A stretch of DNA of 64,000 bases from positions 39,395,068 through 39,459,067 of the forward strand of contig NC_068989.1 in the NCBI RefSeq assembly GCF_001194135.2, written 5' to 3'. Source of the DNA: Octopus bimaculoides. Lineage: Eukaryota. Each line of letters begins with the position of its first letter. The first letter of the stretch is position 1. The notes below the pieces were generated by a model that did not search any database, was not told the DNA's origin, and was given only the letters and a program-made list of their open reading frames with translations. Of this stretch, positions 37,326 to 50,867 are shown piece by piece. The position numbers and the translations under genes were made by a program.

Positions 37326-38789
37326 ATTAATTGACCAAGCAGTTGTTTCAACAATCATAGCCTTATTCCTTCACTGAGTATGTCTCCTGTTAGTAATTTT
37401 GAAGCATTGAAATTTGTTACACCTGTATAGTAAACATTGCCATCTACTGCCTCCTCCTTTGTAATTTCAGGCCACTCTGTTTCATCATAGTAACTAGTTG
37501 CTGAATCTCCAAAACTTAATATATATAAGTCCAATTTATTGCTCCCATTTGGTTCAAAGTTTAAGATATCTTTCAACCCAGATAATGAATTTATCAAAGA
37601 CCTGAGCAGAATTATCCTTTAACTTAGGAGGACTGATTCTTATTAATGACATGGTTGATTAAAGTAATTTCTGAAGTGTGAAAATTCTTGTAATCCATAA
37701 TTTTAACCAGTCAATATCTAACCAGAGATTTATTTCACACTTCAAAAGTTGTCAACTAATGAAGTAGTATTATTCAACTTATATAATAAACAGCAAGCTG
37801 CTGTTCTACTACAGACCAGCACATAAGAGCATAGAGCCTTAATGATCTCATATCATTTCTACTGTTGGTAATTAACAGAATAAAATAAGACAATTATAGA
37901 ATATCCAACACTACACGTTCTTTGAACTGGTTGCATGATATGTAATGAACTTTCCTTACTCTGATAACAACTCTTATTTACTATTTGAGAGGGTCAGAAT
38001 AATTAAGAGAAACTTGGTTGGAGAATTAGCAAATGTAATTAACAAGAATGCACAACAATGAAATCAAAAGACACAGGTTCCAGTGCTTTGGTACTGACAA
38101 TAAAAACAATCACCTTTGAACAGTCCAATTCTACAGAAAGTTAATAGCCATAAACATCAGTTTCCCTCAATTTTATTATTGTTTGTTTTTGTTTTGTTTA
38201 TTTGTAATGGCTTAGTGAGAGATATAAGAGTAATTTGCTCTATGGCCCTTACCAAGGTTTCCATGATAGGTGAGAGGAAGACTGAGGAAGTTATCCACAG
38301 ATATAGGCCTGGTTAAAATACTTCCAACAGAGTCAACTCTACCAAGGCATCCAAAGGAGCCAGATGACTGTTAAATCAGGCAATGGGTTAAGTCTACAAT
38401 CCAGTTGCAAGTATAATCCCTCCCTCCCTCTCTCCAATAAATTCTCACAGTTTCCACGAACCAGAGTCACTCACAAGGTTTTGACCAACCCAAGGATATG
38501 CTAGAAAGCATTTCATTAATGTGTTACTCAGCAGGTTTGAACCTGAAACCAATGAGATTTATAGTCACACAGTCATGTTTCATTGATGAAACTGAAAATT
38601 ACATTCCTCCAACTATTAAACCAATTTATTTTTTTGTTTATTTACTTAAATAATTTGAGTTGAAGAGGCAGCCTCTGCACAGACCTTGACCTACTACAAA
38701 CAAAAGTCAAATCTCATAAGTCTGTTTGATATAACTTAGTTAATATTACACTTTGTCATGGAGTTGGAAGAGGGTGTTAGTGACGCATA

Positions 38790-39175
38790 GTCTGTGAAGC
38801 ATACAGAGCATGAGGATGACCTCATCTTCATTTTAAGGACGTCTGCAAGAGAGATATGAAGTCAATGTCTGTACGCTCTGAGATAGGAAGAGGTCACAAA
38901 TGATTACTTATGCTGAAAACAAATACTACACAAGGAGATGGAGTGACGGGGAGAGAAGCTGGAACTTGTCACCCAAGAAAAGTGAGCTCAAAGAAAGGGA
39001 AAGTCAGTAGTGCCAGTGGAGAGCTTCTTCAAATGCAGTCACTGCGTGCAAGGCTGTCATTCCTGTGTGGGCCTGTAGAGTCAGAGCAGATACTTCACGG
39101 CTATCAGCAGCTGACACAAAACTTTCCAGGCACAGATCTATGGTCTCTCGAGACGAACAGATGCCTATACCTATC
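38790..39175 (+). mobile_element. RTE LINE 3' end (sister of 33268-33760)
   Basis: Shared ctgcaagagagatatgaagtc and gagac..acagatgccta termini. Confidence 0.75.
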
Positions 39176-40663
39176 TATATCATGGAGTTGGATAGATATG
39201 GCATAGTGAGTGAGGAGTGGATAGGTGTTCCATTGTGTGGTGATTAGTAGATGTACCAATATGTGTGATGGAGGTTGGATAGGTGTGTCATGCATGGGGA
39301 GATTGGATAAGTGTTCCATTAGGTGAAGAAAGAAATTGGAGAGATGTACCATTGAATGGGGATTGGAGCAAGTGTGCCTTTGTGTGGGTATTTGGTTAGA
39401 CAAGTCACTGAATTCGTTTCTATTATCTTGTCTTTCTGCAAAAATATTTTTTCATTCTCCACCCTGTAACATAACATTGAAACTCTTAAATCAAGAGTTA
39501 GTTCTCACCTATTACTATTCCCCATAATTAACACTAATCAAAAGCGTATGCCTCCTTTATCTCTATCGTCTCTGCTTCTTCAAGATTGTGTTGTTGTCTG
39601 ACCTTCTCATTACATAATGGGTCAATCAGTTTTAGTCATTAGTCACTTTAGGAAAGTGACTGTTGCTATAGCACAGCCACATCCTCACCAAACAAAAGAA
39701 AACTGTTGACAGCAGGGAACATGAAGTTAAACATCACAGCTCTTCAATGAGAATGAATTGATTCTTCATACAAGCATACACATATGCACACACGCACACA
39801 CGCACACACACGCACGCACACACACACACACACACGCACATATAGATACATATACATACATGAGGTTGACATACACATACATACAAACATACATACATAC
39901 ATGCATACATATATATATATATATNNNNNNNNNNGTGTGTGTGTGTGTGTGTGTGTGTGTGCATAGACATGTGTGCAGAGAAACAGACAGAGATAAAGAC
40001 ACATAGATACATATAAACACAGACACAGACATATATACATTACAGGCAGACATATGACAATATATATATATATATACACATGGATATACGCACAGATGCG
40101 CACACACACGCACCCCCCCTTACAGATACATGCACACAGGCAAGCATACATATACATATATGTATACATTTGTACACACATACACATATGCAAACAGAAA
40201 CAGGCATACACATATATAAACACAAAAACACCTACACCAACCCTACAAACACTTTCTCAATTCATTTGCACTTAGTGACTTTTAATAATGAAGAAGACAG
40301 TTATAACATTGACACTCATTAACCACGATGACAACACTGATAATAATATTGATATTGATGATGATGATGATGATGATGTTACTAGCAAAGAGATCAGAAT
40401 GTTCTTGTTGTTAGTGGTGGTGGTGGTGGTGGTGGTGGTGATGATGCAGAAGGAAAATATTGCTTCTCCTTTGAATTATAATTTCTTTGAGAAAGCCAAA
40501 ATAATTATCCATCCACATCTGAGACTACCATAAATATTATTGCTATTAATTAGCTAAATTTGTTAAATCAAAAACAATACCATCTTTTAATACTGTCTCA
40601 GGTTATCACTGCTCTGAAATTTCAAATGGTAAAATAATGTCTTTGAAATATAGTGCTTTGCAA

Positions 40664-40666
<3 letters not shown>

Positions 40667-40758
<92 letters not shown>
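40667..40758 (+). repeat. Long perfect (AC)n microsatellite (one of dozens of TA/CA/TG/AAT/CAT arrays)
   Basis: Direct reading. Confidence 0.95.
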
Positions 40759-40761
<3 letters not shown>

Positions 40762-41203
40762 GTCATTACTTTAATTTATTGTTGAATGAGAAAATTATAA
40801 GTTAACGAAGTCTGTCACATGGCAAGACTCCATTTGTCTTGAATCTGTGTTATTTAGTCTATGAGCATGTTTGTTTTTCTCTTTGTATTTTGACAGCCAG
40901 TGTAAATTAGTTTGTGTCCACTTTAGGGTTTCAGCAAAATGTGATTGATAGAAATAAGAGCTGTTTTTGTCTCTGAGTATTCACTAACTTTTCTATTCTG
41001 ACCTCCCCATCTCTTCCAGATTATCCATACTATTTTCCATCCATCCATCTTCTCTCCACTATTCTGGGGAGTGTTATTGGGTTACAGTCCTCAGGCATCT
41101 CCTCCACATGGTCCTATCAGAAGCAACTATCATGACACTTTCTGACCAAATTCCCAAGCATGACTGACTGAGACAATGGATATTATAGAACCATTTTATT
41201 GTT

Positions 41204-41770
41204 GGTAATATTTATCTCTACTTAACTGTGGATGTTTTATTAGAACAAACTATACAGTGGGAGATACCATGAGTGAAACTCTCATCAACTTTTCGTGCAA
41301 CATGAATGCTTGTTTATATTACTAGCAGGGAGATAACTTCCCACTAACTCCAATGTTTAGACCACTAGATCACATGATTTCGACCGTCCTTGGTCTCATT
41401 AGAGATGGTGCTTCACAGCTAGATGTAGCAGTGACTCATCTCCCTGCTAGTGATATATAAAAAATCGGTGGCTGAACATGCACTAGTGCTGCAATTAACC
41501 AGTGAGCTTCTTAAAAAATATATATTAGTAACAGAGGCTATATAAATACTGAGAGGTAATATTTATTCCCACTTAAATGTGGATGTTCTGTTAGAACAAA
41601 CTATACTGCAGTAGATACCATGAGAGAAGCTCTCATATTGGCAGCCTAGTTTTTTTCTCTCATTTTCTCTCATGGTATCTACCACAGTACGTTCTCATTT
41701 TCTCCCACAGTATAGTTTGTTCTAACAGAACATCCACATTTAACTGCCTCTGTCACTAATATATATTTTC
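41204..41770 (-). mobile_element. PLE-like pseudo-LTR relic: direct plus inverted repeats around a degenerate hammerhead
   Basis: Direct copies 41204-41285 and 41555-41636, inverted copy 41665-41770. HHR-like sequence at 41361-41409 on the minus strand. Confidence 0.6.
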
Positions 41771-43300
41771 CTCTTGGTTTACCAGTAAGGTCTCCTACCA
41801 GTTGGCTTGGCTTAAGGAATCCATCTTGTGAGTCTTTCCTGTGACATTCTAATCACATGTCCATAGTACTAGAGCTGTGAACTCTCAATGGCAAGACTCA
41901 TTGATTTCTAAGTTACACACCCCATGGAGTAATGTGAACACTGAGACCCTTTACAGGAACACCATTTTGGTTACTTGCATTCATAATAATACTCTTTCAG
42001 TCATTATCTACTCTACTTACCAAAAGGAACAGTACACATCATTGATTGTTTCCACTTTTTTTTTTACTACATGATTTACTACATGATTATGGGTTCAGTT
42101 CCACAGCATGGTACCTTTGGCAAGTGACTTCTATTATATAGCCTCAGGCTGACCAAAGCCTTGCAAGTGGATTTGGTAGATGGAAACTGAAAGAAGCCCA
42201 TAGTGTGTGTGTGTGTGTGTGTGTGTGTACATACATGCATGCACATGTGTGTGTGCATGCATGTATGTGTGCGTCTGCAAATGTGTGTGTGTGTGTGTGT
42301 TTGTGTCTGTGTTTGTCACCCACCACTGCTTGACAACAAGTGTTTTGTTTACATCTCTGTAACATAGTGGTTCAGCAAAACAGACAAATAAAATAAGTAC
42401 CAGGCTTAAAACAAAGCACTGAAGTTGATTCATTTGACTAAAAAAATTCTTCAAGGCAGTGTCCCAGCATGACCACAGTCCAATGACTGAATCAAGTATA
42501 AAAGATAAAAGATAAATGGTACAGGTCAAATTTGATCCCGTAGGCCCATAATCAAAGGCATTTCAGGTATGACCATTCCATCATATTTTCAGACATGTAT
42601 CTAGAACTACATTATCTAATGTGTTCTTTCTCAGTGATTCAGGCTCTACTCACTGAATGGGTCTGCAATACGACTTGTCATCATTTTTCTTCTCTATTAC
42701 ACATGGAGGTTTTCAAATCTGACCTCTCAATATGATCCCTAGATAGGTCAGCATCCATTTTTTTATATTATGATATTTCTATTCTTTTTCTTATTTCAGT
42801 CATTGCACTGTAGCCATTCTGGAGTGCTACTTGAGGGGTTTTAGCTGATCAGTACTCATAGTCCATATTTCTATCAATCACATTTTGCTGAATCCCCAAG
42901 GGGGGACAATCTTACACTGGGCGTCAAGCAGTGAGAGAAAAACAAACATGCACACACACACACACACACGCACACACACACACACACACACACTACACAA
43001 CACATGTTCTTATCTACAAAATCCACTCATAAGGCTTTGGTTGGATGAAGGCTATAGTAGAAGACACTTGCCCAAGGTGCCATGCTGTGTAACTGAACCC
43101 AGAACCATGTGGTTGGTAAGCAAGCTACTTACCATACAGCCACTCCTGCACCTATACATACATTCATGCATGCATACATATGTTAAGATATAGAAGTTCA
43201 TGTCCTTCTCTGTTGGTTTTCATGACCAGTTGTCTATTCTTTGTTTTTGTACATAATCAGAGACCCTTTTTCCACAAATTTGAAATTTATCTTTACTTAA

Positions 43301-43520
43301 CCCGTTTGTTACCATATTTCTGTTGAGATGCTCTGTTTCTTTCAATTAAATTTAAATATAACAAAGAATTTAGTAAAATAATTTAGTTATCATTATGCTA
43401 ATGTTAGGAACATAAATTGTGACTAAGGTTTTGTGGAAGATTTTAATTCAGAACTTTGAAAAACAAGACATTTGTACTACAGAGCCAGAGGTGGTTTCAG
43501 CCAGGCTGGTATCAAAAGGA
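43301..43520. mobile_element. piggyBac-like MITE
   Basis: TTAA at 43297-43300 and 43521-43524. Imperfect TIR cccgtttgttacca / rc tccttttgatacca. Confidence 0.65.
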
Positions 43521-44508
43521 TTAAATCATACAGTTTGTTATAAATCATCTCTCTATTGATCATTTGTTTTTGGAAACACTGTAAATTTCATAACTTCCTA
43601 TGATTGGAGGACAGTAGCCCCTTTTTGTGCATTCTATTCACTTTATTTTATTTCTTTTCATTTTCTTTCCTCATCATTCTCAGCAATTTGCCATCATTGT
43701 TAATCCTCTGCATCCTGACTATTTACACACGGTCCATATTTATTCAAAGATTCCTTTACTTTTAGTATCTCTTTGATACATATGTGTAAGTGTATGTGTG
43801 TGAGTAGCTTTATTGCAAGGAAATGAAGCTGGGTATTGAGCTGAGATTTAATTTTGTATTAGCTGCCACACACATACATACACACACACAGGAGCAGCAT
43901 AATAAAATCTACTTTTGTGTATATTTGCACATATGTTTATGCCCTTGTGTGTGTGTAAGAATACTCAACTCATTCAATTTGTCCAGAAAACTGAAGCAAA
44001 TAGCAGGGAATTCTCTTCCTTTGTCCCCCATCTCTCAGTCAGTCTCTCTCTCTCTCTTTCTCTCTCTTTTTCTCTCTGTGTTTCTAGCATGACTGGTAAT
44101 GTGGAGGTGATATTAATGTTATGATGGTAGAGATGGCATTGATGTGATGGTGGTAATAATTTTGTTACTATTGTTGGTGGAGGTAGTGGTGGAGATTTTG
44201 TTGGCGGTAATGATTTTGGTGGTGACAGCAATTGCAATAGTGATATTATAAGTGTGTGTGTGTGTGTATGATGGTAATGATTTTGGTGGTGACAGCAATT
44301 GCAATAGTGATATTANNNNNNNNNNNNNNNNNNNNNNNNNNNNNNNNNNNNNNNNNNNNNNNNNNNNNNNNNNNNNNNNNNNNNNNNNNNNNNNNNNNNN
44401 NNNNNNNNNNNNNNNNNNNNNNNNNNNNNNNNNNNNNNNNNNNNNNNNNNNNNNNNNNNNNNNNNNNNNNNNNNNNNNNNNNNNNNNNNNNNNNNNNCAC
44501 ACATATAC

Positions 44509-44540
<32 letters not shown>

Positions 44541-44700
44541 GTAATAAACGATACACCAAAATCATTTTGAGTAAACTCTGTTGTTTTTTTTAACATAAAA
44601 CTCTTTGAGAAGTTTCTTTGAGACAAAATATCACAGCCTGTGCTGTTCTACATGTCTATATACATTATGTTACACATATCATTTTGAATATATATATATA

Positions 44701-44862
44701 TAGGTGCAGGAGTGGCTGTGTGGTAAGTAGCTTGCTTACCAACCACATGGTTCCAGGTTCAGTCCCACAGCATGGCACCTTGGGCAAGTGTCTTCTTCTA
44801 TAGCCTCGGGCTGACTAAAGCCTTGAGTGGATTAGGTAGACAGAAACTGAAATAAGCCCGTC

Positions 44863-44921
<59 letters not shown>

Positions 44922-45130
44922 TGTGTATATGTTTGTGTATCTGTGTTTGTCCCCCTCCCATTGCTTGACAACTGATGCTGGTGTGTTTATGTCACCATAT
45001 CATAGCAGTTCAGCAAAAGAGACTGATAAAATAAGTACTAGACTTACAGAGAATAAGTCCTGGGGTCGATTTATTCGACTAAAGACGGTGCTCCAGCATG
45101 GGTGCAGTCAAATGACTGAAACAAATAAAA
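44701..45130 (+). mobile_element. Full SINE unit: tRNA head - microsatellite - 3' module
   Basis: Same architecture at 42085-42515 and 55353-55730. Confidence 0.85.
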
Positions 45131-46030
45131 GAATATACATACACACACAAACACATATACACATATGCTCACACAGAGAAACAGGCACACACACAATAAA
45201 TATTGATTGATATACTTGAAAGACTGGACATTAAATGAGAAGAAATATATTTCCAAGCAGAAAAGGGTATTACTGTTGCCTCTCTCTTGCTATCTCTCTC
45301 TCTGATGTCTATTCTCTATCTTTTTTTATACCTTAGATATCTACCTGTCTATCTACCTACTTATGCATCTACCAATATACCCTACCCACCCTTTCATCTA
45401 CCCATACACCTGCCTAACTATCTTCAGTAACTACAACCTGATCTACCTACCCTCCCACACATCTATATACCAATCTGCATACTTCTGTTATCTACCTGTC
45501 AGCCTTGCTTCCTCCTTATCTTCCTACCTACCAATCTACCCTTCCAACCTATTTATCTACCCACCACTTTACCACATACCCATCTAAGAAAGAATTTATT
45601 TCAGTCTAACTTAATAAAATAAACTAAAAATATTTTTGTAAACATATTAAGTATTCTCCTTCAAATAAATTACTTTTTGGGTAAATGTTGGTATGTATAT
45701 TTTTGTATAAATGTACATATTTCTGTTTATATAACTGAACATATGTCTGTTTGTATGCTTATATAACTATGTATGTGTGTATGTTTCTATAACTATGTAT
45801 GTGTTTGTTTCTATGCTTATATAACTGTGCATGTGTATATGTAATTGTGTGTGTGTTAGCATTGTATTGGTGCTTATGTGCATACGTTTGAGCTTGTGTG
45901 TATGTTTGTATAACTGTATATATGTGCATATACATGTAATAGCACACCTGTGTGTAGGTATGTATTTGTACTAGTGTATGTATTTGTGTGCATATTCAAC
46001 AATGTAGGAATACTATTAAGTATTTATGCA

Positions 46031-46083
<53 letters not shown>

Positions 46084-46189
46084 TTGGCTGTTTATTCTAT
46101 GAGACTTTCCTCTTTATGTTCCAAATGCTGATATAATTACTCACTCTGTGGTACACACAGTCAGTCAACTATTTATAAATCACAAATAA

Positions 46190-46224
<35 letters not shown>

Positions 46225-46584
46225 CAAGCTGGAGCAATCTACTGTTATCTCTAGTGGATGAGCACAAATAGCTCAACACTGCATGGACTGGCAGTCCCAT
46301 CGCTGGACGATGGTAGGGGTTCACTACCTTGTTTGCAATATATATCAGGTGTGGATTGCATCATATAACCAGCTGAAGGAGGTTCCTCCTGGGGTTAAAA
46401 TGGTAGTAAAATCGATACCTAAGAATAGCCATGTTGAAGTAGTGATAAACATTACTTCTTTGTATAGTTACTACTTTCTTCTCTTATAGAGATTTTCTAA
46501 CTAACAAATAAAACAACTTACAAGGACCTACACAATCACACATTTACACTGTATACACCTCTCTCATACACTATCTTTCATAAG

Positions 46585-47415
46585 TGCAGACATGGTTGTA
46601 TGATTAACAAGTTTGCTTTGCAACTACATGGTTTTGGGTTCAGTTCCACTGCATAGCACTCGGAGCAAGTGTCTTCTACTATAACCCCAGACCAATCAAA
46701 CTTTGTGAGTGGATGTGGTAGATGGAAACAGAACGAACACCCCACCTGCGGGTGTGTGTGTATGTGTGTGTGTTTCTCCTTGTCATGACATGATGCACTA
46801 ATTGTATATGAACATCATAGGTGCAGGCATAGCTGTGTGGTAAGAAGCTTGCTTAACCACCACATGGATTTGGGTTCAGTCCCACTGTGTGTTATCTTGA
46901 GCAAGTGACTTTTTCTATAGCCTTAGACGAGCTGGCAGAAACATCAGCACACTGGGCGAAATGCTTAGCGGTATTTCGTCTGCCATTACATTCTGAGTTC
47001 AGATTCTGCCAAGATCGACTTTGCCTTTCATCCTTTCAGGGTCAATAAATTAAGTATCACTTACGCACTGGGGTCAGTGTAATCGACTTAATCCATTTGT
47101 CTGTCCTTGTTTGTCCCCTTTATGTTTAGCCCCTTAAGGGCAATAAAGAAATAAGAAACTGAAAGAAACCTGTTGTGTGTGTGTGTGTGTACACACGCAT
47201 GCATGCATGTTTGTGTCTATGTTTGCCCCCCACCACTACTTGACAACTGGTGTTGGTGTGTTTATGTCCTCATAACTTAATGGTTCAGCAAGAGAAAAAT
47301 AGAAGTACAAAGCTTAAAAGATACATAAGCACTGCAGTTGATTCATTTGACTAAAAGTTCTTCAAGCTAGTGTCCCTGCATGGCCACAGTCTAATGACTC
47401 AAACAAGTAAAAGAT
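46585..47415 (+). mobile_element. Nested SINE cluster
   Basis: A gagctggcagaa...gtcgactttgcctttcatcc family copy (46926-47153) replaces the middle of a head-microsatellite-tail SINE. Confidence 0.75.
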
Positions 47416-48028
47416 CTGTCATAGAAGCATTGTTGTTCATTTGCACTCTTCTGTAAAAACATGTCCAGTCATTGTACTGTTCATGCTCAAAGGACTAGAG
47501 GAAATAATATAGCCTTACTTGGAAACAGATGAAGGTTAACTATAGGAAGTTCATTCAGTGAGAGAAAATCTGCCTCAACAAATTTAGTCTGACTCATGCA
47601 GGCATGGAAAATATATATTGTTTATGCAAGCATGATGATGATATATTCTGGCAAAGCAGGAAATATTATCATCAGAGCAGTCAAAGGAATTCTTCAAGGA
47701 AACTAAAATCAAATATCCACACCTCAGAGATACAATGATGCTGCTTCAAATAGAATTTAATAAAATTTATCTATAAATACATATATAAGTGCACCATTTA
47801 TCAGGAATCTGATGCATCAAATAAAACACTTGAACATACAAGTAATGTGAAGAATGTGTAGAAATACCTGAGGTGCACAGGTTTGTGGTAAAAGCTTGCT
47901 TCCCAATCACATGGTAGTGGGTTCAGTCCCACTGGATGGCACCTTGGGCAAGTGTCTTCTACTATAGCCTCAGGCCAACCAAAGCCTTGTGAGTGAATTC
48001 GGTAGACAGAAAATGAAAGAAGCCTGTC

Positions 48029-48072
<44 letters not shown>

Positions 48073-48211
48073 ATGGTATTATTAAAATACCATCACGAGT
48101 GCCAAGCAAATTATCAGTCATACAGGCAAATTAATAAAATATATACATACAATATTAGATATGTACATATACACACAAGAGCACTACATACATATAAATT
48201 ATATATATATA

Positions 48212-49138
48212 CTAGCTGACATACCTGGTAATTCCCAGGAAAGTGTGGCTTATCCCTGGATTCTATTCTCATAATTGTTTCACTAATCCAGTAACAGCAA
48301 TATAAAGTATGTATCCCTTAAAACGGATTTGTGCATTTATTGAGAATACTGAACTTGTTTTTTAGGAATTCCCAATAAGTTATGAATACCCAAATTGTGA
48401 TTTCATTTAAGTGATAACATGAAATTAATTATCCTATAGTAAGAATTCAAATAAGGTAGCCCTGAAAGGGCTTTAATACATTCCCAGAGTATATAGAACT
48501 TAGGAGGAAATACTAATAAGGTATGTATACTAAAATCATGAAGCATGTTATGTAATAACAGGCTAATCAGATATGAGATAATAACAGTTCAAAGTAAATA
48601 ACTGTGAAAAAAGCTTTTGTGCGTTCACAGAAAATATTACCCTCAGCAGCGCTAGTGTTGGTATATTCGTGAATAAGTCACTAACCAAAACAAGTGGATC
48701 TATTGTTTAGGAAAATACTATTTACTTGTTTAAGTGTTGTACTGGATAAATTGTGAAAATAACTCAAATAGTTCAAATATTAAGAAACATGCATACTCAA
48801 ATTGATTTATATGAAATAATTTACGAACATAAATGGGCTATTTCCCTTGGCTATATATATATATATATATATATATAAGGATCCCTTTCAGGGGGGAATG
48901 GGTTATTTCCCTTGGATGTTTAAAAATAATATATTAGTTATATGTAGTAGATCTAAGAATCCCTTCCAGGGGCCCTATTATCGATTTTTTTTTCAACAAT
49001 CTAAGTACGTCACTAGTTTACCAGACATAAGTTCTACTCACGAGTCAAATTTCATCAAAATCGATAAAACGATGTAGGAGGAGTTAGATAACAATGACAC
49101 AAACAAACACACCCACAGATTTCCACATATGTAGTAGA
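48212..49138 (-). mobile_element. Complete non-autonomous Helitron (~927 bp)
   Basis: On the minus strand: A|TCTACTACATATG 5' end, cgattttgatgaaattt motif, 3' hairpin cctgg-gaatta-ccagg then CTAG|T. Inserted in an A|T site with no TSD. Confidence 0.8.
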
Positions 49139-49316
49139 TGTTATAATTAACGTATAGATTTAAATTTAAAATTTGAAAAATTTAAACTGCATTTTGGGTA
49201 TGTCCCAAGTAGTATGCCGGCAAAGCACATTCCTGTTTATGGCTACCTGGTGTCATCCACAGAAGTTACACAATTGTCTGGATCTATGTTAGGAATTTCA
49301 CAGTGCATGTTGAGTA

Positions 49317-49781
49317 TAGTAGGAACAATTGATACAGAAGATAGAATATACTGGAAACTTTATTTATCACAACGATCATTTTGACACATCCTGCACTGCT
49401 TCCTCGTGGGTGGGAATCTATACAATGAATTCCAGTGTTTCTTGCAATGCTGAAGCATCACATCATGTGATATAACTTGATTTCTCACTACATAATTAAC
49501 GTTTCGCTCTTAAGCATAACTAGCGCATGTTGGTAATAGTCATATCTAAAATGAATTTTAGATACAACTACTACCAACATACTATAGTTAAGCTTAAGAG
49601 CAAAACGTCAGTTATGTAATGAGAAACCAAATTATAACACCTGAAGACATGTTTCTGCACTGCAGGAAACATTGGAATTCATTGTATAATTTCACACACA
49701 TGAGGGAACAGTGCAGGATGTATCAAAATAATTATTGTGATAAAGTTTCCAGTATATTCTATCTTCCATACCAATTGTTTC

Positions 49782-49786
<5 letters not shown>
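49317..49786. mobile_element. 470-bp almost fully palindromic Tc1/pogo-like MITE
   Basis: Arms pair from (c/t)agtag(a/g)aacaattg inward to atctaaaa-tgaa-ttttagat. TA on the left, TG (start of (TG)n) on the right. Confidence 0.8.
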
Positions 49787-49825
<39 letters not shown>

Positions 49826-50109
49826 TTGTATCTGTGTTTGTAGCCCACCTCCGCTTCACAACCAGCATTGGTGTGTTTACATTCCATTAACTTAGCAGTT
49901 TGATGAAAGTACCAGGCTTAAAAAATAAGTCCTGGGGCCAATTTGTGGTCATGCTGGGGCCTAGCATGACCACAGTCTAATGACTGAAATAAGTAAAAGA
50001 TAAAAGATAAAAAAGCCTGAATATAAGTGATGTAAAATACATGAGGTATGTGTCTTTTAATACAGCCTTCAGTTGATCAATGCCTTGTGAGTGAATTTGG
50101 TTGACAGAA

Positions 50110-50155
<46 letters not shown>

Positions 50156-50867
50156 TACCACTTGACACACATGCTGAACTTGGCTGTTCAGCATGAGAAC
50201 TGATTGAAGAAATACCAGAATTGAGAAAATAGAATGAATACTAGGGGACAATTTGTTTGATTAAATCCTTCAAGGAAATACCCCAGAATGGTCACAGTTC
50301 AGTCACTGAAACAAATAAAATTTTTTTAGGAATTCTAAACTTGGATACAATAGTCATCTAAAATGGTCTCCAGTGTTCCCTTCATGTTGTTCCATATGTG
50401 GAAGTATGGCTTGTACAAAAGGGAAAGTACTGATGTAGCTGAACCCTAGTATGGTATAAAGGAAACACTTGAGAATTGTTGAAGTAATTATTGTTTAGTC
50501 CCAGCCCGATTCTGGCAGAGCAAACCTTTGACCAAAAGCATTTTGGCCAAAGCCAAATTTATTCATCTAAAAGTATGTCAATGACTAATGTCATGTCACA
50601 CTTAGTGTTACTGGTAACATGTAACCTAATATAACCTGACACATGGTTAGACCATCAGCAGCTGAACCTGCAGCCCTACAAAGCTTACTTGAAGTTTCCA
50701 TTGGACAACCTGCAAGACCAAAACCAAAACATGTCAAAAGACAGATAAACTCAACTGAGTCAAAAGCCATCCAACAACTAAGAGTAAGAGTCCTATAGTC
50801 TTTGTTTAGACTTCAATCAGCAATCTCATGATATTGTATACTGTGTGACATCTATAACAATAATGGT

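Noticed and set aside
44205-44315. Tandem ~46-bp duplication next to a gap
   Set aside because: Low-complexity and gap-adjacent, likely a minisatellite or assembly effect.
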